NCBI GenBank assembly: GCA_020137815.1
Contig: CM035355.1
Span: 4,774,001-4,838,000, forward strand
DNA from: Hormiphora californensis
Taxonomy: Eukaryota > Animalia > Ctenophora
Length of the DNA stretch: 64,000 bases
Direction of reading: 5' to 3'
The position numbers and the translations under genes are program-made. Within the stretch, counting starts at the first letter, position 1; each line of letters begins with the position of its first letter. The notes below the pieces were generated by a model. That model saw only the letters and a program-made list of their open reading frames with translations, was not told the DNA's origin and ran no database searches. Positions 1-10,300 of the stretch are shown one piece after another.

Positions 1-3
1 GAA

Positions 4-726
4 TCAGTTGTTGACACAGGACTCGTAAGTGGGCACCATATATTTGATGTTAATAAACGCATCAGGACCTCCGTGAGTCTCGAACGCCTCCAAGGTCTCC
101 TGAATCAGATCACCGATGTTTTCCCTCCTCTGTTGGCTGTAGTCAATTCCGTCGCCCTTGTTGATGTTGTGGTTCTTGAAGATGTTCAGGATGGGAAGGA
201 TTTGCCTGTAGTAGGGAACGAGGGCCTCTCCGATGCAGTTGGCTGACACTACAAGGTGCTGGAGGATCTTGAGGGTGGTGCACACACTGGACCTTTTCCT
301 TGTGTTCAGGGCATTCTTGATGGGGATGATCAGCTGAGGGATGACGGGAAGAACCTTGTGGGAACCGTGCTCCAGCATGTCATGGACTCCTTGTCGGGAG
401 AAGAACTCATATGGGTGGACTGTTTCACAAAGACCGTCAAAGAAGAGCGGCAGGTAGTGATGGAAATCAAGCTTCTCAATTTCAACTTTCCAGGCGATCT
501 TGTTTCCCTTTGTGTCATGTTCCAGCTGAATGGGGAAGTCTCCTCGTTCGTAGAATTTCCTGAACGAGGTTGCCTTGGCAGGCCTCTCTTTGAAGGCCAT
601 GGCACTGGGTGGTCCCCTCACTTTCACATTCTTCATTCCAGCTTTGAGTGTGAAACCTTCAGCCTCCTCATCAGTTTTCTTTTTTCGGATGACTCGATCA
701 GCGGGCATAAGAACTTTGGAAGCCAT
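4..726 (-). CDS. PACRG: Parkin co-regulated gene protein (axonemal inner junction protein), single coding exon
   Basis: ORF carries PACRG hallmarks [58 protein letters not shown]. First true ATG is at 726, preceded by a TTTTAG acceptor-like site. Confidence 0.96.
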   Translation of the reverse strand: MASKVLMPADRVIRKKKTDEEAEGFTLKAGMKNVKVRGPPSAMAFKERPAKATSFRKFYERGDFPIQLEHDTKGNKIAWKVEIEKLDFHHYLPLFFDGLCETVHPYEFFSRQGVHDMLEHGSHKVLPVIPQLIIPIKNALNTRKRSSVCTTLKILQHLVVSANCIGEALVPYYRQILPILNIFKNHNINKGDGIDYSQQRRENIGDLIQETLEAFETHGGPDAFINIKYMVPTYESCVNN

Positions 727-1351
727 ACTGATACTAAAACTAAACAATAAATTTAAGTTTGGAAGTGCATAAAATCAAAACTGGTTAACAGTGCAATCAA
801 AGATGTACACCACAATTCTTCAAACAACAATATCCTAGAGTCGGGAGTTCAAACGATAATCTGCGGAATTCAAAAATAGGCTTCACAAAATATAAAAAGG
901 CTACAAAAGATACCGGATATGATTTTAGTACAAACTAAAACCACACGCCCGTGTTGACAACAAGAATTGCAGAAAGAACGAGGACAATAAGTGCATGTTA
1001 GTAGCAGTAATTGGCGTTGTCATGACGGCGTTCTTCTGCGTATCAGTCCGAAGATGATCAAAATTCAGAAAGCTTGCGGAGTGAAGAATGATCAACACGC
1101 GCGGCAACGCAACTTGAATTTTACTCGCGCGCCCAGACTCGATGAAATTTTCGGAAATTTTGTGAAACTGAAACTGAGCAGAGTTGTTGTTTTTTATTTT
1201 TCGGAAAGTTACCGTGTTTTTTAAATTTCTTGGTCTCGCGAGGTTTGAGCCGACACTGGATGTCTTAATGACCTTATTGGAGACAACGTAGAATGTATCT
1301 CTTGAATGTTAACGGAATTCAACTCTCTTTTAGGGTCTTCCTCCCGGGGCC

Positions 1352-2158
1352 ATGAGCCTGGACGTTTCTGACGACGAGAGTGGTGATCTCGGGTGCCTCT
1401 TTGATGGTCTAGAGATTGATGTTCATGATGCTCCTTCGGTAATGATATCGGCGGATGAAGTGCAATCATACTTTATCTCAGATACTCAATCAAACGAGCT
1501 GTATGAGCTGCTGGATTGTGTCCACCAAATTTTCCAGCATTTTGGTATCACATATTGGCTGACTGGAGGCTCTATGATCGGTCTCAAGAGACACGGTGGT
1601 ATAATCCCTTGGGATGATGATATCGATGTGTGTTGTTTTTGGAGTGACCGAGATAAAATCCTAAGTGCCGAAGTTGTGGAGACTTTCCAAGCCAATGGAA
1701 CTTTTATCGAAGAAGATAGCTCATTCGATATCGATTCTCCAACTCTCCTCAAAGTGTTCCGAAACTTTGCCGCCAGCAAAGCCAAGAAATGTGGAAAGGT
1801 TCCGTACCCATTCCTGGATATATTCTTTGTCCTTCCCCCTGACAACTTGGACATGGTTCTCTTTATGAGTGGTGAATATAACCACCGTATCTATACGGAC
1901 GAGTTGTATCCTTTACAGGAGGTTAAGTTCGGTCCGGTTAGGGCCATGGTACCCCATAATGGATTGCCTCAACTAGAACGGGGCTACGGGAAGGATTGGG
2001 CACAATTCGGACAGATCCAGCAATATGATCACATTTCCAAACAGGGACGAGGCGGTCCTAGGAGGAAGTTTGAAGTTGGGCCCTGGGAGGGAGTTTCTGC
2101 TAAGTGTAATTGGAAAAACAGGAATGTTATCCTTCCGACTACTGGAAAAGGCGGCTAA
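1352..2158 (+). CDS. LicD/fukutin-family nucleotidyltransferase-fold protein, intronless
   Basis: YWLTGGSMIGLKRHGGIIPWDDDIDV motif, LDIF, and C-terminal LYPLQEVKFGP..VP..LERGYGKDW, all typical of LicD domains. Confidence 0.9.
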   Translation: MSLDVSDDESGDLGCLFDGLEIDVHDAPSVMISADEVQSYFISDTQSNELYELLDCVHQIFQHFGITYWLTGGSMIGLKRHGGIIPWDDDIDVCCFWSDRDKILSAEVVETFQANGTFIEEDSSFDIDSPTLLKVFRNFAASKAKKCGKVPYPFLDIFFVLPPDNLDMVLFMSGEYNHRIYTDELYPLQEVKFGPVRAMVPHNGLPQLERGYGKDWAQFGQIQQYDHISKQGRGGPRRKFEVGPWEGVSAKCNWKNRNVILPTTGKGG

Positions 2159-2277
2159 ATTAGATGTATTTATTTAATTTTTAAATTTCTAATTAAATCT
2201 CTCAACATAATTTTTCAACTTCTCAATTGATAATTTAGAAAACTAAATATTTAACATTTCTCTGACTGCTTTAGGGA

Positions 2278-2898
2278 ATGGCGCTCCTCCTTTTTTCAAA
2301 ATGTACCAGAAACCGCTCCTTTTGCTGCACAACGATAACACGATTCCTCTCTGCCCGTCCAGAACCAGCAACCCAAGAACGTCCCCTTCCAAGTCAGCCA
2401 TTCAGTCAACACATTGCGGACACCAATGTTATCGGACTTGTAAACCCACAATTTATGAACAAAATGCGAACTCGATTTCCTGTCATGTGGGCTCTGTCAG
2501 GAACATCGTCTATCGGGAGCGTCCTGTTGGCATTATTCCTAGATCACGATCTATATGCCTTGATAGTGACACCCACCCTGCTTTTCGCCAACTTCACCGC
2601 TCTGTTAATGGTCGGCATGATGTGGTACAGTGCTAGAAGTATTGGGAAACTCTCGCTAAATGACGGGGGGACCACAGTGACACTGTCTCATCTGACAATG
2701 ACAGGAAGGAGAGTTGATAAGGAGGTACCGGTGAAGGATTTGGGGCAAATGACACGGTTTAATCACCGGCAGCAGATTGGAAAAGAATTGTATTTTATTA
2801 ACTGGACTGATTTTAAGGTTAATGATCAGTTGTGGAATGCAGTCTTGCCCACTCAGAAACCTCAGGTACTTATTCCTGATAGGGCAAAACGAGGGTGA
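2278..2898 (+). CDS. TMEM186: TMEM186-like mitochondrial membrane protein (complex I assembly, TMEM70/186 family)
   Basis: Arg/Ser-rich presequence-like N-terminus, two hydrophobic helices, then IGKLSLNDGGTTVTLSHLTMTGRRVD resembling the TMEM186 segment VGILYLNESGTMLRVAHLNFWGWRQD as I recall it. Confidence 0.7.
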   Translation: MALLLFSKCTRNRSFCCTTITRFLSARPEPATQERPLPSQPFSQHIADTNVIGLVNPQFMNKMRTRFPVMWALSGTSSIGSVLLALFLDHDLYALIVTPTLLFANFTALLMVGMMWYSARSIGKLSLNDGGTTVTLSHLTMTGRRVDKEVPVKDLGQMTRFNHRQQIGKELYFINWTDFKVNDQLWNAVLPTQKPQVLIPDRAKRG

Positions 2899-3095
2899 GC
2901 ATTTGAAGAATCACGAAGTGCTAAATAAAGACTGCGGACTCTGTTGTTCGTTTGATCATTGATTTGTGGAACTTTGAGTGCTTTTGATTTAACTTATTTT
3001 ATTTTCTAAAAACTGTATTTATTTTTTCCATCTAACTAATTCCAAAACACTTATTAGAGCATCAATAAATTTAACACAATCACTAACTCAGCGAT

Positions 3096-4094
3096 ATGTC
3101 ATACGAGGGGCAGCAATTAAATGACTCTGTGAAGTTAGACGCTGAGAAATTCAGTGGTTTTGGTCCAAGTGCCACCGCTCCTAAACAGACTCGATGTCTT
3201 CCCTTCAGAGATGAATACTACAAGTGTACATGTGAGTTTTTAGTACGTCATGTGCATGCAGTACCTCCTGCACATTAGTCAGTGGGAATGGATTATTGTT
3301 TCCTGTCCAGGAATATTTTTACTGTCTTCAAACAGCTGTTCTTTCCTGTGGCGGGAAAGCTTGGTTGTTATAATTGGGGTACGATGTTCGCCATTCCCGC
3401 GTGTACACTATTGTGCAGTGTACAGTGTACACGCGAGGGTGGAATTCGTACCCAAATATTTTACAACTGGTACTAAAAAACAGGCAGCACTTTAAATCTC
3501 TAACACTACTTTTCCTCACACTCTAACACTACTCTCTCCTCACTATTCTCTAACACTATTACCCACTCACTCCAACTCCCCCCTCCAGTGAACACCCATG
3601 TGGATAGCATCAGGGAGAATTGTGAGGTTTGGTGGTACGACTACAGGGAGTGCCTCTTCGAGAAAAAACTGGTGAGGTGTTTAGAAATGAAGCTAAAATT
3701 AACTTAATTAGATGCCATACGGCAAACTAATTACATAGTTGCACACTGAAATTGCTGGTACAAAACACTCTTAGAAACTAAAGTTCCCCGATCAAGATAT
3801 CGTTATAACACCCCACTACTTTGACCTAACATTGTACTAACAACCAGGAATTGCTCGGGGGGGGGGGGGGGTGCGACGAGGTGATCAACTAACACCCACC
3901 TTCTCCAGATCAAGAAGCTGGAACAGGTAGAAGAGATCAAGGAGAGCAAACTGAAGGCAGCGGGTTTCAAACGACCCTTCTGGGGTGGGAACAAAGCGGA
4001 GATCTTCGCTAACGGTCATCCACGGGTTTACAATGTAGGCAAGCCCGTGGCCGAGGGGTACGATCACCCGGGAAAAGTTAACTTGAGTCTGTAA
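3096..4094 (+). CDS. NDUFS5: NADH dehydrogenase (complex I) 15 kDa subunit, twin CX9C; exons 3096-3231, 3589-3671, 3909-4094
   Basis: GT-AG splicing gives an open frame ..SGFGP..RCLPFRDEYYKC..ENCEVWWYDYRECLFEKKLIKK.., with two CX9C motifs and the D-Y-x-E-C-L-x-x-x-K pattern of NDUFS5. Confidence 0.8.
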
Positions 4095-4366
4095 AAACAA
4101 GGAGGAGAGATATAGAAAGACAATGATCTAAATTATTGAGAGATTTTGTACACTTTTGGAATGTATTAGGCGTCGTGTGGACGCCACAATTTGGTCGTAG
4201 ATCGTGTTGCAATGTAACTAGTGTTTATTGGCCCAGAACCCGGAATTTTACCTTTTTCTCCCCTATGATTTCAGCTCGAATCCTCTTATTCCCCTCTCGG
4301 CTCACCAGGCTCATTTCGAAAACATCTCGAAATTAACTAACAAATAATTAATTTTAGCATATTATA

Positions 4367-7300
4367 ATGGGACGCGGACGAGGTCGACCTAAATTCAAAG
4401 GACACAGCCGTCACTTTACCAGTGTTGATCAGTTAGAGGCAGACCGGAAAAAGGAGGAAGAGAAACAGAGAAGGGTGAGTCTTGTGTTCCTTTATTTACC
4501 TATTACTACGGAGCAAAACCAAGTTTGATCATAGTTTGAAATCCATGTTAATTATACATTAATTTGGCCACTCAGCTGTTTATAAATGCTCATTGATACA
4601 CAAATCAAGTTTCTACAAATAAATGCTTATTTCTTCTTTTTGCCCGTGAGTGCCTTTCGTATGTTTCCCTCAACAGCTAGATTCAACAGCGGGTAAATCC
4701 ATGGGACGGAGTGGTAGAGAAATATAGAAATGTCTTCTAGGATAGTCATAGTCTGATAGTCTGATTTGTTGCTCCTATAGAAATGCGAATACCCCCAATG
4801 ATACCAGTGCAAGTCGATTCTCGTCGCAAGAGCTGCAAACATTGATATACAAAGATTTGGTAGCCATGGCAACAGTGTGAAAACGGTGATTAAAATTCCT
4901 CTCTTCGCCAACATTTGATCTTGTCGCCTGTTTCTCAATTGGTTCCGTTCGTTTCTAATACCAGAAGCCACTCTTCTTGTCACGGATATTTTTCTAGCAA
5001 TGGCCACGAAAGCTGCGACGGTGAGTCCAACTGCAGTTGAATTGAGGATGAAAAATATCACCACTATTAGAGTTTCCTCAGCAGACCCAGATAACCAGTA
5101 TCGCTTACAGTACTGATAAAATGCAACCTCACTTCGCTGGTAGGGGAATATGTCCGCTTTGATAGCATTCTCAAACAAATCACTTATATTTAACCGTTCC
5201 AATATGTGTTTGGTGTGTTCTGGGAACAGGGTGAAATAATGACAGATCATGATGGGAAGGTGAATTGTCCAGACTAACATTGTGCCCAGAATCAAATATT
5301 TTAGGGACTTTCCCCGGTTGTAGGACAGCGGGTTGCAGATAAAATACGCCATCTGAGAATTAGGGTTTGTTAGTTAGAATTAAATACTTACTTCTGGTTA
5401 CTTCAATAAATTCAAATTTTAAGTGACGTATAAAAAGTAACAAGCTAATTTTAAATAGCCGTAATAGCATACCTCTACGTTAACAAGTGTAGAACTATAG
5501 ATGATTCCATAAACTATGTAGTAACTCAGGATCCGTGCAGTGACACACCATTCAAAGGGCCCAGGCCACTTCCTCTCGACCAGGGATATGGTATAGAAAA
5601 GATGGAAACCAATACCATAGATCAGGCCAAAAAGGGACGCAGTGAAGAGTGTGGCTACTGCAGGGTTCTTTGATACTTTTACCTGGGCAATTCCCAATTC
5701 TCTGTATATGTAAGCATTAGCCTGCTTGTCTCCGGTGTGGAAAGGACAGTCTTATACGAGACATTAGTCTGTCAGATAGTTATTAAAGCATAGAAAACAC
5801 GAGTTACCTTTGAAATAATGACTGCCAATATTATAGAGTTGAGGAGGATTGTCAGTGTTGCACATGAGCCTTCATAGATTACCAATGTCCAGTCGAATAT
5901 GTGCATCCATAGGTTCGACTCATTTCGGTTAAAGCTGGCAATCGATTACAATACACGGTCTTATCCATAGTTTAGACCTCATATTTTTGGGATGTTGTGA
6001 ATCGATCATATACAGTTTCAACACGTATCAAAATTGTTATAAATTTAAATGTGTTTGATTACACATTAAGACATAAAACTCGTGTGATGAAACTTACGTT
6101 CCATCTGCATTCACTGCAACAAGTAATAAGTAGGATTGACAACTCACGATCTGCGATCTAGTTTTCCAATCCTTGAACTTACTGCCATATCTGCTGGATC
6201 TCGGCTGTATTCAGCAGATAAGTTGAATTTTTCAACTAGCGAATATGCCACGAGCATGGAAGATAGCGAAACAGCGTCTATTCTCAGGACAATCAGACAA
6301 ACCTTTCCCTATATATTTCCGGATGTCCCATGTTAGTGTCTTACATTCTTTTTGGTTTGCGCTGCGAAGGTCTCTCGAAATTATCTTTTCAACGCTCCGT
6401 CTCAGTCTTCAAGATTGCCAGAACTCGATCTCTGATTATCACATCGCAAATACTGAGCCGCCGACCTCTTGAATGCCTCTCCCCTCCTTAATTACAAATT
6501 CGACCTATAGACTATTAGGCCATATTTCAGGGGGGAGGCTCGCAAAAATCTCAATGTACATATGGGTCATGAATTTTGAACTATAATCAGCACATTTAGT
6601 GCCAAAACTAGTATTTTATTCACTGTCAACATGTGTATTAACTTTTACCTTTCATCTCCATCTTCATCTCTCTACTACTCTCTATTTAACTTCTTTTTCT
6701 CGCTCCTTTCACTTTGCATTAGAACCAGAATTGGGGCCTCCGAATCTCGTCTAAAACCCTGTTTTTTCCTCGAATTTGTGAATTCTTCTTTGGCTTGGAA
6801 AATTGCATTGCGCAACCAATTTTGGAATCCATACTCTCACGTTTTTGCGATACACGAAAATCTCAAACTTGCTCTGAAAAAATCTATTAATCTCGTTTTG
6901 GCCCAATCAATCTAAGCAATCACGCCCTGAAAATCGCCAATGAGGCATGAGATTCTTGCGGCAGGCCCCCCTCCCCCCTAATAGGCACATATACGCACGC
7001 TGATTATCTCGTCGTGTATATCTCTCTTGACTCGTTAAGTTTTGAGGATGAGAGAAATTATTAATTAGTGGTTTAGCACGGATATATTCTCAATTAGAAA
7101 TTATTAAGACTTGAAGAACTTTAAGTATCTTATCTTGAGCTCGATAGTATGTTCTAACCCGCAGTAAGAACTAAGAGAGGGTCGAGCACTCGACCAAGGC
7201 AACCTAACATTTAGATCCTAGTCATACACACAACTTATTGGTGGTCAGAGTTAATACTGCTCTCTATTTTCCTACTCAACACTCCAGCTCTCTCTATTCC

Positions 7301-10300
7301 CATATTTCTATCTTCTATCTAACTCTCCTATTGTCTGTTTATTATCTATCTTTTGTTTTGAGGAACAATGATCAAAATGGAATACAGAAAGGGAAATAGT
7401 TGACGTACTTTGAAACTGGTGAATCTAGAGACAGCGTAAAACAATATATATATATATTATGATCATCTATCTCCGATTATCTTGACGGTTGACCTCCGTC
7501 CTCCGAAATCCATGTTAATTATACATTAATTTGGCCGATCAGCTGTTTATAAATGCTCATTGATACACAAATCAAGTTTCTACAAATAAATGCTTATTTC
7601 TTCTTTTTGCCCGTGAGTGCCTTTCGTATGTTTCCCTCAACAGCTAGATTCAACAGCGGGTAAATCCATGGGACGGAGTGGTAGAGAAATATAGAAATGT
7701 CTTCTAGGTTAGTCATAGTCTGATAGTCTGATTTGTTGCTCCTATAGAAATGCGAATACCCCCAATGATACCAGTGCAAGTCGATTCTCGTCGCAAGAGC
7801 TGCAAACATTGATATGCAAAGATTTGGTAGCCATGGCAACAGTGTGAAAACGGTGATTAAAATTCCTCTCTTCGCCAACATTTGATCTTGTCGCCTGTTT
7901 CTCAATTGGTTCCGTTCGTTTCTAATACCAGAAGCCACTCTTCTTGTCGCGGATATTTTTCTAGCAATGGCCACGAAAGCTGCGACGGTGAGTCCAACTG
8001 CAGTTGAATTGAAGATGAAAAATATCACCACTATTAGAGTTTCCTCAGCAGACCCAGATAACCAGTATCGCTTACAGTACTGATAAAATGCAACCTCACT
8101 TCGCTGGTAGGGGAATATGTCCGCTTTGATAGCATTCTCAAACAAATCACTTATATTTAACCGTTCCAATATGTGTTTGGTGTGTTCTGGGAACAGGGTG
8201 AAATAATGACAGATCATGATGGGAAGGTGAATTGTCCAGACTAACATTGTGCCCAGAATCAAATATTTTAGCGACTTTCCCCGGTTGTAGGACAGCGGGT
8301 TGCAGATAAAATACGCCATCTGAGAATTAGAATTTGTTAGTTAGAATTAAATACTTACTTCTGGTTACTTCAATAAATTCAAATTTTAAGTGACGTATAA
8401 AAAGTAACAAGCTAATTTTAAATAGCTGTAATAGCATACCTCTACGTTAACAAGTGTAGAACTATAGATGATTCCATAAACAATGTAGTAACTCAGGATC
8501 CGTGCAGTGACACACCATTCAAAGGGACCAGGCCACTTCCTCTCGACCAGGGATATGGTATAGAAAAGATGGAAACCAATACCATAGATCAGGCCAAAAA
8601 GGGACGCAGTGAAGAGTGTGGCTACTGCAGGGTTCTTTGATACTTTTACCTGGGCATGAAATATGATTTTAATTTTTAATTCCCAATTCTCTGTATATGT
8701 AAGCATTAGCCTGCTTGTCTCCGGTGTGGAGATGACAGTCTTATACGAGACATTAGTCTGTCAGATAGTTTGTTAAGTATAGAAAACACGAGTTACCTTT
8801 GAAATAATGACTGCCAATACTATAGAATTGAGTAGGATTGTTAGTGTTGCACATGAGCCTTCGTAGATTACCAATGTCCAGCGAGTCGTGTTATCCATAG
8901 TTTCACTCATTTCGGGAAATTAAAAAGGTGGCAATCGATTAATAAACGGTTCCATAGAATTTAAGAGCTCATATTTTATGTGCTGTTTGATACTACAGTC
9001 GGACCCCGATTTACCGGGCCCCGATTTACCGGAACCCCGATTTATCGGGAGGATTTTTCCCCCCGATTCTTTTTTGGAAAAGTTTCGAAGTTTTGCCGGT
9101 TGGTTGCATTTGCAATTCGCTAGGTCTAATGGGGATCACGTATCGGTTCGTTTCAATCCTTCTAATTAGCGGCAGGACACGTGATAAGATGTACCGATTC
9201 GAAACACGATTCGAACGTGTCTGGTATACCTTAGAAAAATTTCATAACTTTTTTGCAAAATTTTACAGAATGATTGTCAATGCTTTGATCGATGCTCCCC
9301 GTAAATTTTTAGAGAAAAAGTTATTTTGAAACTTTGATACTTCCTCACCCCGCTTAGGGTGCCCAGATTCGGCATGGTATCACGTATCGGGTCGTTTCGA
9401 ACCGTCTAATTAGCGGCAGGACATGCGATAAGATGCACCGATTCGAAACACGATTCGGACTCGGTCGGGGTGGTTTACCTTGTTATGTTCTAACCCTCCT
9501 TTACATTTGTAAAGTGTGTTTCGCGGGCGGGGCGCACGAAACACAGTCTAGCTAGGCAAGCAAAATGGCTTCCCCCGAGGATCCCGGTAAATCGGGGTCC
9601 GACTGTAATACAATATCAAAGGTTATCAAAACTGTAAACTGTGTCCGATTACACTGGTAACGACAATGTAAAAACAGTCAATGGGGATGGACTAAACTCT
9701 CAACGCATCTGCAAAGTCATGGTGTTGCACTGCACGGAACCCTCTACTCTCTAGCTCCAATTCCTTGTTTAACTTGCCGTACAGCAAGGATCTCGGCTGT
9801 ATTCGTCTCAGACTAGGCACATATATTTCATCACGATAGTAGCAGGAAAGATCAGCAAAAAAAACAGAGGACATTGACTAACAGAAACATAATCAACACC
9901 TAGTTAGTTTGGGCCCACGTGTTTATCTTTTCTCGAACTGTTCCCATGTGTAGTGTCTTCTTCTCTTCTCGCTCTCTCTTCGCCCTCTCTTCCTCTCCTA
10001 TTCTCTCGTCTGTCTCATTGCTCTTCTCTGGTCTCTCTCTCTCTCTCTCTCATTCTCTCTCTCTCTCTCTTCTCTACCGCTCATCCTCTCTCCTCTCCTC
10101 TCTCTCTCTCCACTTCTCCCCACCCTTCCTTCTTCACCCTCAAGCCATGAGCTATTAGGCCACTTATTATAGGGGGGGGGGCTACCGCAAAAATCTCAGC
10201 TACCCTGTTTCTGGCCGATGAGATTTTTGAGATTTTCAAGAAAATTTGCTCATTGAAAAATCTCATTAATCTCACGCTTTTTGGCCGAAAATTGAAAATC

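Noticed and set aside
256-750. 164 aa + strand ORF overlapping PACRG
   Set aside because: Antisense shadow of a conserved coding sequence, with no motif.
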